NCBI GenBank assembly: GCA_964035545.1
Contig: OZ037768.1
Location: 24,337,319-24,401,318, forward strand
Origin: Bugula neritina
Taxonomy: Eukaryota > Animalia > Bryozoa
Length of the DNA stretch: 64,000 nt
Direction: 5' to 3'
In this document: positions 26,345 to 39,442 of the stretch, one piece after another
How the letters are laid out: each line of letters starts with the position of its first letter
Position numbering within the stretch: position 1 is the first letter of the stretch
The notes under the pieces: model-generated
Databases searched by the model: none
The model's input: the letters and a program-made list of their open reading frames with translations, nothing else
Told to the model about the DNA's origin: nothing
Translations under genes and position numbers: made by a program

Positions 26345-29075
26345 TTACATGACCATATAGCACATAGCATATAGGATAAAGTACATAACATATAGCACAT
26401 AGCATATAGGATATAGTATATTAGCTGATTCTTTGGTGGTAGTAGTGATGGAGGTGGTAGTTGTGGTGGTAGTTGTGGTGGTAGTGGTGGTGGCAGTGGT
26501 AGTGGTAGTGGTGGTAGTAGTGGTGGTGGTAGGTAGTGGTGGTAGTGGTAGTAGTAGTGGTGGTGGTAGTGGTGGTAGTGGTAGTAGTAGTGGTGGTGGT
26601 AGTGGTGGTAGTGGTAGTAGTAGTGGTGGTGGTAGTGGTGGTAGTGGTAGTAGTAGTGGTGGTGGTAGTGGTGGTGGTGACATCACAAGGCACGTTAGAT
26701 TGGTAGTCATACCTCTGGTTTATAGGACAAACTCGTAGTATTGTGTTATAGTTGGCGCACTGATAGTATCTGCTGCAGGAACAAGGATCAGCCTTGAGTC
26801 CTTCTGCTTCAGTGCACACAACATCTGGGGAATTACAGTAGTATGCATCACATTTGGGGACTTACAGTAGTATACACAACATCTGGGGAATTACAGTAAT
26901 ATACACACATTATATGTTATAGTATCTGTACATTATGGCATAATGTGTTTTCTGGTATGAGTATCATATTATTATGATCATACTCACCATCTCCACAAGT
27001 AGTAGTGGTAGTCATAGGCATTACTGTAGTGGTAGTCATAGGCATTACTGTAGTGGTAGTCATAGGCGTTGCTGTAGTAGTAGTCAGTATTGAAAGATTA
27101 GCTACTTAAACCCTCCACAGTTCTAACTAGTAAACTAATCTCAAACTATATACGTACATGTTTATTAAAATGTGTTATGGGATATTTTATAGTAACATTT
27201 ACCATATTCTCATTCGTTGTTTAGTGACTATTTCTGGTGATTATATGTGGAGGAGTAGAAGTTGCATTCACAGCATTACCATTTAGCTATAGAATGTAAT
27301 ACAACACACGATATATTCCATGTAATACACCACACAATATATTCCATGTAATACACCACACAATATATGCCACGTAATACACCACACGGAGGAGTTATAC
27401 ACATGATGATTTAGCTTAATAAAGTAAAGGTAAGAGTAGAAACACTAGCAGGTATTTATTAAAAGTTTTTTAAAGACTCTACTTTATGAATTTTACTAAT
27501 AAAACAGATATCAATGAATGTCGCGAATTTTCACAAAAGCATGAATACAGAATGACAATAAAATGGAATCTGCAAGCAAGTAAACTGATTAGATTAGTCT
27601 ATAGCTAGCTTCATACTGGATACTATTTCCTGTCAATTTCACACTCCACCGTGTCCGGGTGAACGCACACCCGGATGTTGCTGTTGTAACGTGTTCCCGA
27701 GGCACAGTTCTGTAGAAGGGGCACTGAGTGACTGCACTGGTAGAATGAGGAGCAGGAACAGGGGTTCGGGTAATAGCCAAATGGGTCCGTGCAGACAACT
27801 TCTAAAATTTGAAGTCCAAAATAAGAGATGTTGTGAGTTATTATAGTTTGTAGCATTAGCTACAGTATATACAACATGGTGGTATGTCTTCCATAAAATA
27901 TTTATAGCTCCATAATGGAGTCTGTAGTTATAGCATATAACTATCATGTCGTATATAAATAATATACTTGTTACTTATTACTGTACAAATTTATAACTAT
28001 TATAATACATAGAGTAGAGTTGGTATATGATAATTAAAATAAAATCACCTGATATTATGATAAGTATATGTGCATTATTGTAACACAAAAACAACTGCCA
28101 TGTATAGAATATAATATATTAAATGTTGAATAAAAGTCTTACCACAAGATTGTAGCTCTGTACTTGTAGCTACAGTTGTTGGTGTAGTTGTCGGTGTACT
28201 GGTGGATGTAGTTGTTGGTGTAGTGGTAGATGTACTGGTAGATGTAGTTGTTGGTGTACTGGTAGATGTAGTTGTTGGTGTAGTGGTAGATGTAGTTGTT
28301 GGTGTAGTGGTAGATGTAGTTGTTGGTTTAGTTGTTGCTATTGAAGCTACAGATGTTAGAGTTGGTTTGTTGGAGTTGTTTGTTTCAACACGATTAGCGC
28401 TGTCCAAATTGGAATCAACTAAAAAAAGTAAAAAGCAGGAAAATATTAGTTTTAATTGAAATAATATTCAAATATTTTTAGCTGCAAGCCTAAGTGTGGA
28501 GTTTCAATAAAAATCTGATAAATAACTTAACTGAATAATTTCCGCACTTTTGCATGTCATGTGCGAAAAGAAAATTATGATTAATATCAAAAGTTAATTT
28601 AATTTAAATGTATCCGATTTAGAATATGTGGTATCTAACAGATATTTGCAAAACAGAGTCCAGTGAAAACTGCAAGTTTTGCGATGAGCAGAAAACTTAA
28701 ACGCAGCAGACAGCTAGTTGTGGAAACTAGCAGATATTTAGGCACACACATTTTTCCAAATACTTGAGTCTTATTTATTGCTTATTTATCTCTACCTTGA
28801 TAAATGGTTAAGGAGTTATCCTTCTTGCATTGAGGACAATTATCACCCAAGGTCAAGGTTCTGTTGGAATTGGAAATGTAGCAGAGTTCCTTTGTCTCAG
28901 AGTACCCGAATGTGTTACAGCTGATGTCTAACTGAAGTAGGCAAATACCTCCACACTCTATTGCTGATCTTACATCATAGAAAGTGTATGAGGGGTCAAT
29001 GGTGGTGAAGTGAGGCTTTCTAAAGCTGATGCCACAGTTGTTAGCTGAGAGGGCAAAGATCAGCCACGCCCACAT
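26345..29075 (-). CDS. Secreted PAN/apple-domain + Thr-rich mucin + chitin-binding type-2 (peritrophin-A) protein; 3' half possibly degenerate
   Basis: Signal-like MWAWLIFALSA; PAN pattern SAIECGGIC..CNTFGY..LCY (28797-29075); TTPTTTS mucin exon (28143-28418); ChtBD2 CTDPFGYYPNPCSCSSFYQC..C..GTRYN..C..C (27623-27801); Thr-rich exon (~26988-27100); second, shortened ChtBD2 plus poly-Thr (26421-26824). Phase-1 junctions are consistent. Confidence 0.8.
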
Positions 29076-29099
29076 TGTAGTCTGCAATCAGGTGAGTAG

Positions 29100-29500
29100 T
29101 TATAGAGTTAGTATATCAGTTAGAGTTGGTAGAGTAGTTAGAGTTGGTAGAGTAGTTAGAGTTGGTAGAGTAGTTAGAGTTGGTATAGAGTAGTTACAGT
29201 TGGTAGAGTAGTTAGAGTTGGTAGAGTAGAGTTGGTACAGAGTAGTTAGAGTTGGTAGAGTAGTTAGAGTTGGTATAGAATAGTTAAAGTTGGTAGAGTA
29301 GTTAGAGTTGGTAGAGTAGTTAGAGTTGGTAGAGTAGTTAGAGTTGGTAGAGTAGTTAGAGTTGGTAGAGTAGTTAGAGTTGGTAGAGTAGTTAGAGTTG
29401 GTAGAGTAGTTAGAGTTGGTAGAGTAGTTAGAGTTGGTAGAGTAGTTAGAGTTGGTAGAGTAGTTAGAGTTGGTAGAGTAGTTAGAGTTGGTAGAGTAGT
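29100..29500. repeat. 18-bp minisatellite (TAGAGTAGTTAGAGTTGG)n
   Basis: Visible tandem; source of the NYSTNS/TTLPTL ORFs. Confidence 0.95.
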
Positions 29501-29599
29501 TACCAAGAGTACAGCTAAGAGGCTGCTTGTATTTCTCTGAATCTGGTATATCATCTTTGTATGAGGTTGTTGTTTTATATCTCCTATGGCGTATTGTAA

Positions 29600-30321
<722 letters not shown>

Positions 30322-30674
30322 TTTGCACATATGAAGTTATTACTCTATTAAGAACAAAAATTGGTACAAAACCGATAAAATCTTGGTAGGAGTTGTTTAC
30401 ACATGTATACAAACACATAAGATAACATAATTTCAGTATACTAGAAGTCAAATGGAATAAAATTGAGTTAAACATATTAACATGATATTTTAAAAATCAA
30501 GCATGTTTTACTAAATAACTAACCCACACCTTGGTTAGACTATAATGTAGACTAGCAAGTAGTAGTATACCCCACAACAGCTATATGGAATGGAAACATT
30601 TACGTATATGTGAGAGTTATATTTTCATAAATTTAGGATATATACCAATAGCCAGTATAAAACCCCTCAACCAC

Positions 30675-30770
30675 TGATAGGTGGGAGGGGTTAGAGATAG
30701 TTGGGAGGGGTTAGAGATAGGTGGGAGGAGTTAGAGATAGGTGGGAGGAGTTAGAGATAGGTGGGGGAGA
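30675..30770. repeat. 20-bp G-rich tandem (GATAGGTGGGAGGGGTTAGA)
   Basis: Visible, about 5 units. Confidence 0.8.
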
Positions 30771-31514
30771 TTATTGAAAGTGTTGAATAGGACAACTCCC
30801 AAGCGCAAGAAAGGTGCAGTGAATAATTCTATTGCAGACAACTGACATTATTTATTGAATGTAAGCACTAGAAATAGCTTTAAATTCCATGACATTTCCT
30901 GGTAGTATGCCATGATTATCACCATTTGCTGGTCAAAATGAACAGATCCTAAGTGTATACGTCCTAAACGCTCAGTGTTGAATGAGACAACTAAACCAAA
31001 GTTGAAACATTCAACAAAATAAACTATGCTTTGGAAAATGTAGCTGTTCGGTATGTATGCGCCGAGAATTTTCAGCCGCAGAGCTTGTAGGTTCTATCAG
31101 TTTATTTGTATGCTTGCTGGTAAAAACTAAACAATATAAAATAAGAATCACATAAGTGATATGCATGCATGAATGTGGTTAGACACTAGTATAAAAAGAA
31201 ACAACTAACAGTAGTTACTATAAAAGCAAAATTTCAGGTGGCAGCTTAATATAGAATGTCATTAAAAGCTTAGAGTACAATATGCGAACTAACCTCTTTG
31301 GTCCTGCATAGGAAACTCAGTAAATTCCATTGAAAAACTGTACATTAAAAATAACAGCAGTTTTGGTGAGAGTGATTCTATTAAAATTACAGAGAGTTTA
31401 TATACTCAGGTTGTTGTTACTGTACCAGGAAAAAATATGTTAAATACACAAAATCATTCTTAAGATTAATACCGCAGTAATTCTGTCTCAAAACTTGGCC
31501 AGCATTAGCTGCAA

Positions 31515-31730
31515 AACCCTAGCTAGGGTATCAACATATCCCTAGCTAGGGTATCAACATAACCCTAGCTAGGGTATCAACATAACCTCAGCTAGGATAT
31601 CAACATAACCTTAGCTAGGATATCAACATAACCTTAGCTAGGGTATCAACATAACCTTAGCTAGGGTATCAACATAACCTTAGCTAGGGTATCAACATAT
31701 CCCTAGCTAGGGTATCAACATATCCCTAGC
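31515..31730. repeat. 23-bp tandem repeat containing the palindrome CCCTAGCTAGGG (about 9 units)
   Basis: Unit CCCTAGCTAGGGTATCAACATA(T/A); no unique spacers. Confidence 0.9.
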
Positions 31731-32546
31731 AGAGGTAGAGCAGGAAGGACAGTCACCCCAACCACAATGACATAACTGCAGATCTAATAATCAGCACAAG
31801 GTGGATGAGTAATGCAGCTGCTGACATATATGTCACCCAAACAAAAATGAAATAGGTCATGGTTTTTTATGGTGAATAATGTAGTAGGCATTGCAAAGCC
31901 ATTTACATACAAAGTTTGAGAAATCTAAGATGAAGATTTTGTAAAGCAGAGATTTTAATGTCTATAGAAATGATTTATCAGCATTTTGAGCAAAGCTGAC
32001 AGAAGCAAGTAAATGGAATCACTTTGAGCGTTATGTTGATATAGCAAGATTTCTCTTGACTATAAAGCCAGCTAGTGTGTCACTCAGTACTCCCCTATAT
32101 ATATTCACCCAATTACCTCAGACTATAACTAAGTGTTGGTATGCTGTTTCTCACACTTGGTTAATGATATTATTATAGCTAACGTTGACCTCTAACTAAA
32201 TTCCATAATGATATGGTCCACATCATAGGGTATAGGCTACCTTGTTTCTGCCTCCATCTTGGTTTTAGTGCGTGTTTTTAGCCAGTTTCAAGGTGCTCAG
32301 TATAAGAATTGAATCTATTCTGGGACAGGAAGTCTTTCAAATGTGACATTAGACGGCAGCCATATTGATTGAAAGCAATGATAATTTTCTTCAATGTCAT
32401 TTGGGCAGTGACAAATGTCATGTATGAGTCATAGAAATTATAACCTTTAATGAGCCAATACAAACGATAAAGACATCCACCGCAAGTGTGGGGAGAAAGG
32501 AGAATTAATTATGTTTTGACATTAAAACTAGGTTGTGAAAGATAAA

Positions 32547-32557
32547 GGGGATTCCCC
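32547..32557. promoter_or_regulatory. Palindromic kappaB-type site ~1 kb upstream of the ZF copy 2 ATG
   Basis: GGGGATTCCCC; the same site occurs upstream of copy 3 at 57447-57457. Confidence 0.45.
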
Positions 32558-33394
32558 TTGCTTCAAGTTGTGGTGAGATAGGATTGATAGTTTCATGCAA
32601 ATAGTTTCATGTAAATATTAGCGGAATGTTGGAGCACCACCCCCCCCCCCCAATCCCTACCAAAACAAGCTCCTCAAATAATTCTAATACGTTACCAGTA
32701 TAAAAATTTAATGTTACAGGGAAAAAGGTAAAATTCATATAGTTTCATGCACAGCTTTATCAAACTACAACCTTTACCTTTTTCCACTATCATTATATAA
32801 ATTATTTTTAGAATACTGAACACGCAAAATCAGCTTTAAAACTTTTACTAAAAGTTTCTCATTCAATTTTATTGAAAATTCTAGGTTTGTAGTGCATGTG
32901 CAATAAAATAGTTTGCTCAAACATAATAATTTTGGTTTCAAAGCAAGAAAGAGCAATGATTTTGCGTTGCGATCTTAACTCTATGTTTCTTGTACCTACA
33001 GACGGAGTCTATCAGTTTCGACCTCTTATTTAAAGCAAAGGAAGTAACATCCAATAACCATTGTTGGATTTGCTTACCACTAGTGTGTGAACCCTTTATG
33101 CATTGATCAATTTTATAAATCTATGAATATTAAATTGAAGATTATGAAGAGCAGAAGCAATATTTTGAAATTCAACTTGTCACAATAGTTTTTTAAATGC
33201 AGTTTAAATGGAATGCGATTTTTACTGAAAAACTGCAGGCTGATAATTCGTGACTTCACTGGATATGGTTATTGAGGTATAACCAGTTGACTGACTTTTC
33301 AATATGGCCGTCCAAACTTATAACTATGGACTGGCAATCTGATAGACAGACTCTGGTCAATCAAAAGACTTGATATAAGTTACAATGGTGAGAT

Positions 33395-33569
33395 AGTGGA
33401 TTGGTGGACTTGTACATTGTCAATTGGTCAATACGATCATATGATCGCTGAGGACACGCCTACTAAATGACAGCTCATTTTCGCAAGGTGAAATTAGTAC
33501 ACCAGTACAAGTGTAGGAGCAGTGACTGGGCATGTGCACTATCAGTGAAGTCAGCCTTCTAGAGCAGGT
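33395..33569 (+). promoter_or_regulatory. Putative proximal promoter of ZF copy 2 (CCAAT-like boxes, GACACGCCTA box, GTGACTGGGCATG block)
   Basis: The same blocks occur in the same order upstream of the ATG in copy 1 (25090-25196) and copy 3 (56633-56746). Confidence 0.5.
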
Positions 33570-36500
33570 ATGATGAGTCAGCAATGGTATGGATATGATT
33601 TACCATTAGATTTATCAGTCAAGGTCAAGTATGTTCAAGGTATCTGATATAAATATATTTAAAATGCTAAATTTTGTTTGCCTGGCAGGCCTTAGGTTCA
33701 ACATTTCAATATGAAGACTGAACATTTTCTGTAGAAGTAGATCATGGCTGCAAACGCAATTCTCCAGTTCATGATCGAAAATCGGAATGGGAAGACAATT
33801 TACAAGCACTCGATTTAAGAACTCACCGAAATAAAGAAACCACAACTATGCACAGTGACACTACACCAACTTATAGTGATACTACACCAACTTACAACAC
33901 ACATTGGCAGTTCGAAGATCTAAGAGACTTCTCATTTTATGATTATAATGTCAACATGTCTAAAGGTATGTGGATTGTTGTATTGAGATTAATTCAAACC
34001 ATATCACATAATTTAGTAATAACAAAAAATTTAGAATTTATCTGGTCAAGAAAAAACAAACTGAAACTATATGTTACGACTTATATTAGAGTGTTAAAGA
34101 TGGATACCAAATCATACCTTTATAAAAATGCAGAACATCCAGTAATAGTTTATTGTTGGTGATGGTATGCACCAGTCATTATAGTTAAAGAGATTTTATT
34201 AATCTCTTTAACATAAAGAAACATTATTTCAATGTTCTAGAAGTGCATTATAGTGAGTTACACTGACACTGACAATTGTGAAAACATTGATAATTATTAA
34301 AACCCAGTCGCATGTATGCATTTAGAGTTTCAACTGTTAAATTCTTTTATAGAAGACAATATCCTCCTGGACTCTATTCCCACTCCAGACGTTGTGACTC
34401 TCTTTCTGGGCTCTAACAAACAGGTATTCAGATTTTGGAAAATAAGTTATACTTCTTTCTACTTTAGAATAGTTTAATGATTAACCCAACGTTTGTTAAC
34501 ATATAATTTAGTTGTTTGCAGCTAACATGACGTTTAAGATTATAAAATCTTTGTATATAATAACTTGCTTATTGCTTTACTCATAGTTTTAGCTATGCTA
34601 CTGTTTTGACACTCATTTCAGTCAAACTTACAGATTTAGTTATTTTGCAAACCTAATAATACAGCAGATCCAGACCCCAAAATGGTAATCTTCCATCCAT
34701 CAGCCAAAACCGCTAAATCATGTTTACCAATATGCAAATAATATGCCATTAGCCATTTTGAACTGTGTATGAGTATTATTAATCATGCATAATGTGCACC
34801 TGTGAGAGAGACTGTACTAACACCAGAGTTATAAATAGCATCATCATGTCTTTAAAGTATAGCAATTGCTACACTTTCACTTGATACAATAGTTACTTAC
34901 TTACTATACTTACTCTACTCTACTATACTATACTATACTATACTATATACTATACTATATACTCTACTATACTATACTATACTTACTATAATACTATATG
35001 CTATACTATATACTCTACTATACTATACTATATACTATACTATATACTCTACTATACTATACTTACTATAATACTATATACTATACTATATACTCTACTA
35101 TATACTCTACTATATACTATACTATACTATATACTATACTATATACTCTACTATACTATACTATACTTACTATAATACTATATGCTATACTATATACTCT
35201 ACTATATACTATACTATACTATATACTCTACTATACTATACTATACTATAATACTATATACTATACTATATACTATACTATATACTATACTATACTATAC
35301 TATACTTACTATAATACTATATACTATACTATATACTCTACTATATACTATACTATACTATATACTATACTATATACTCTACTCTACTATACTATACTTA
35401 CTATAATACTATATACTATACTATATACTCTACTATACTATACTTACTATAATACTATATACTATACTATATACTCTACTATATACTATACTATACTATA
35501 TACTATACTATATACTCTACTATATACTATACTATACTATATACTATACTATACTATATACTATACTATATACTCTACTATACTATACTATACTTACTAT
35601 AATACTATATGCTATACTATATACTCTACTATATACTATACTATACTATATACTATACTATATACTCTACTCTACTATACTATACTTACTATAATACTAT
35701 ATACTATACTATATACTCTACTATACTATACTTACTATAATACTATATACTATACTATATACTCTACTATATACTATACTATACTATATACTATACTATA
35801 TACTCTACTCTACTATACTATACTTACTATAATACTATATACTATACTATATACTCTACTATATACTATACTATACTATATACTATACTATATACTATAC
35901 TATATACTTATTATAATACTATACTATATACTATAGTTACTACTCATTATATGTACTATACTATACGTGCTATACTATATCTGTTCAAAGTTGATTTGGT
36001 GCAAATTTCTCAGAAAGTTAAAGATATTTGCTCACTTGACTATATTTCTACCATGTGGTCAGCATATACAAACCTTCACACTAATAGTTAAAAATACTAA
36101 ATGCTGTTTTACATAATAATAATAATTGAGATTTTTATGCCCTTCTAGCAAAATTTTGTACTAAGCCAAGTACAAACTGCTAAGTTCTGGGAAATGTAGT
36201 GCATGATAGAGCACTGATTAATGAAGATTAACATTGATTTATAAGCATTTAGGGCAGGGCTGTCCAACAGGCGGCCCCAGGGCCGCATGCGGCCCCCAAG
36301 CCTACATTTATGTGGCCCTCAAAGGCATAACCAATAAAATTATTTTGCACACATATATGAATTGGAGTAGAAAAACTACCTTTGAAATGTCTTATTAATA
36401 TGCATGCTAAACACATGCAGCCTGCAGTAATTATTGGTACTTCATTGTGAATGATTCATAAGAATTTGGGATAAAGTAATTTGAAAATTGCTGAATATGC

Positions 36501-39442
36501 TGTGCCCCCCCCCAGCCCAAGTTAAATTTTACAGTGTGGCCCTCACCATAGAATATTCCATTTCAGTGCCCTCACTCTGCTTTTAAATGGAGGTTGGACA
36601 CTCCTGGTTTAGGGGATTCACCTTTTCCTTGAAATAAGTTAACCCCCATTAGCTTGTGGTCTATAGCCAGAAACCAGCAGCTGTTGGCTCTTGTTATTTT
36701 TAGAATATGTAGGCAGCATATCTGCAAATGATTGACGCAGCACATGTTTAGATTAGTGAGAACCAAATGGTACCACATATTTGTTGCTACTGGCAGTAGT
36801 CATTACAGCACAAAGGTCTCTTAGGCTGGCTGATAAACAACTCTACTACTTGTAATAATCACAACAGATCTCTTTCTACAAACTTGAGAAAGTAACTTAG
36901 GTCAATATGGCTGCTATCTAAATCAGCTGCTTTAAATGAAAGCTTAAGCAACATAACTGTTCAAATAATGTTTAAATAAATCCCTGTGAATGCTACAAGT
37001 ATATCTTTTAGACCAAATGGAAGACAGAATAAAAGACTTTGAAGTTGCACACTCTATTCTTAAGTATATTTTTAATACGTGCTTAAGTTACGATTTTAGT
37101 AGCATGCTTTTAATGAACCGTTTAGTCCTTCTGCTCAGGAAACATTACAAATACAAGCATTCAAATTATCAAACTTATAAAATAACTCCAACTTCTTTTC
37201 ACTAAGTTTCTTATGAATATGAGGTAATAAATTTGTTAAAACTTTAGTATTAATTGCTAGCTGTTTGAATAAGCTTTAATATATTGTGTTGAATTTTTAA
37301 TTTTTTCCTAATCGTCAGTCATATAATAGAAGATATCCTTGTCTAATTGTAGCTCTTGGTCTAAAAATACTGCAGAAATAAATATATGCCATACTTTGTT
37401 TATCAATTGCATGAGCAACATATTAGTTGTCATATATTTGAAAGAGATATCTTTACTGTAAACTGTGGCAGCCAAATGAAGGTCAAAGGCAAGACAAAGG
37501 TGAAGGTCAACATGTCATGAGCACACCAAAACTTCCGACTCAGCAAACTGTCATATTCAAGGCATGTTCTGAACGTACAAATCCCTACACCTGTCAGGTA
37601 TAATTACTTATACTAGTCTACTCTTACAGTATCCAGATGGTTTCTGGTCTTCGGCCCCCTCAAGGCTACTTTCAGCTGATTGGAGTTGTTCTCTCTTAGA
37701 TATCCAAATACCTTTTCACTATAAGGAAGTTAATATTATTCTTGAGCAAATTTTACTTTTTGATCAAAGCTACAAATATTTAGTATATCTAAACCAGGCT
37801 TCTAGAAATCTATCATCATTAGAATCAAAAAAATAAATTTTACAATGAAAAAGGGTAAACTATAAGTTCAACAACCTGCCAAGCTGTGTTTGTCCTAAGA
37901 TATGGCAGTTATGTCATATTATGTCATGTTGTGTTTAGTATGTTTGTGATGCTAGTGTGTTGAGTATATCATATGCTATTATACTATATGTTGTGGTGCT
38001 AGTGTAAGTTTAGTATATCATATGCTAGTTTACTATATGTTGTGGTGCTAGTGTAAGTTTAGTATATCATATGCTAGTTTAGTATGTGTTGTGGTGCTAG
38101 TGTATTGAGTATATCATATGCTATTTCTAAGGTCTTACTTTCAATCAAAGAATTAGATTTTCATATATTTCTAATGAATAAGTAGAATAACTGCTTAATT
38201 GTGAGATACCATTCATTATATAAGAATAATATCTGTAAACCAATTAGTATTGACAGATCTAAACAAATAGCTGAGATATGAAACCAGTCAATATTTTTAC
38301 CTGCAAGATATTGTCTTGATTAGGGAGATACACCAAAAGTTGGAAACGTATACAGCGGTTAGTGTAAGATTATTATAACATTGCAGGTATGCAGTAAATC
38401 CTACAGACAAGTTCGAGATTACCGAGCACACGTGGCGACACATGAAGACGCTAATATATACACGTGTGACATATGTTTCTCTCAACTGAGCACGCCCAGT
38501 CAATATCTTCAACATTTACAAGTAATTCCATACTCCTTTACCATTGATAACTCACTGCATGCATGTGTGAAAATATCTTTAAGCTTTTTGTAAAAAAATT
38601 TCATATTTAGAATAAAACTGATTTTATGACTGCTGAGACTTGCATAGAATTTAGACTATTACTAATTGAAAGAAGATTGTTGGTAAAACTATTGCAATGT
38701 GAATAATTATTTAGGGAATTTATTATATGTATAATAGAATAAAGTTGACCAGTTTATTAATTGACAGGCCATCTTGTTTTAACTAACTTCTTCTTGTCTG
38801 TCACATTTTTAAAAACAAATAAATTTTGGGGCTAAAACTGAAAACACATCTGATGCAGGAAAGTCAGTGGGGGGAAGAGGAAGGGCTGTCACCAGTAGCT
38901 CCAAAACATTCTGCATGAATAAGCAAGCTTATCTCTAATAATGTGATATGCAGTTCATTTTAGTTTTTACTGGTTTTTAAATATATTTTCTATTAAAGCA
39001 ATTTCTTAGCTGTTTAGTGGGTTGAAATACATTTTCCCTTCACTTAAATAAAACAAAGATTCCACATCAACTTTAGAGCTTTCTGCTCATATCCTAGAAG
39101 TTACCAGAAGACTTTACGACACATTCGCATCTAATCATACTTTGAGACTTTATAAGTTGTTTCCTTCATGAACTTGGAGAGCAGACTGTGTTATAGTTTT
39201 GTTTGTTATATTTAATGTGAATAAACTTGCAGTTTTATCTGTTCATATAACAGGGTCATCAGCAGAAGGAGTTATACGTCTGCGTATACTGTAAGAAGTA
39301 TTTCCGAGACAGATGTACGTTATCTATTCACATGAGAACTCACACTGGAGAGAAACCTTATCAATGTGATGTTTGTAGCAAGAGATTCAGACAGAGTGGG
39401 ACTTTTTTCCGTCACAGAAAAATCCATGAATTTCGGCCGTAA
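33570..39442 (+). CDS. PLDLS-motif 4xC2H2 zinc-finger gene, copy 2, apparently intact, ~273 aa (exons 33570-33639, 33735-33965, 34353-34423, 37472-37597, 38387-38521, 39254-39442)
   Basis: All junctions GT-AG with phases 1,1,0,0,0 and no stops: MMSQQWYGYDLPLDLSVKVKYVQ|EVDHG..WEDNLQALDLRTH..SK|EDNILLDSIPTPDVVTLFLGSNKQ|PNEGQ..PYTCQ|VCSKSY..HLQ|GHQQKELYVC..HRKIHEFRP*. Confidence 0.88.
34890..35980. repeat. Complex (TATAC)n-derived satellite, ~1.1 kb
   Basis: Visible; the 312-aa Y/I/L/T ORF is a by-product. Confidence 0.95.
36255..36606. mobile_element. hAT (Charlie/Buster-type) MITE
   Basis: TIRs CAGGGCTGTCCAAC / GTTGGACACTCCTG, subterminal CGGCCC motifs, 8-bp TSD ATTTAGGG/GTTTAGGG; empty site in copy 4 at ~63651-63658. 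Confidence 0.9.

Noticed and set aside
31515-31730. CRISPR-like palindromic repeat array
   Set aside because: No unique spacers, no cas genes, eukaryotic context.
33743-33817. Apparent conserved 24-codon uORF (MAANAI..YKHSI*) in three copies, suggesting programmed frameshifting
   Set aside because: Substitutions between copies 1 and 2 are synonymous in the other frame (WEDNLQALDLRTH), and a phase-1 upstream exon supplies the ATG; no frameshift is needed.
34998-35936. 312-aa Y/I/L/T ORF (also 19715-20182, 29100-29927, 30152-30475, 6048-6460)
   Set aside because: Translations of simple satellites that lack stop codons.
36904-36920. AATATGGCTGC as the ZF start codon (also 48369-48376)
   Set aside because: Followed by a stop after 4 codons and GTG in copy 4; at most a YY1-like motif.
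37012-37063. Possible extra ZF exon (QMEDRIKDFEVAH / QIEDRIKGFEAAHYL / EAADCL) resembling a Sin3-interaction motif
   Set aside because: Donor position and phase are not conserved among copies and do not fit the phase-0 flanking exons; unsupported without RNA data.
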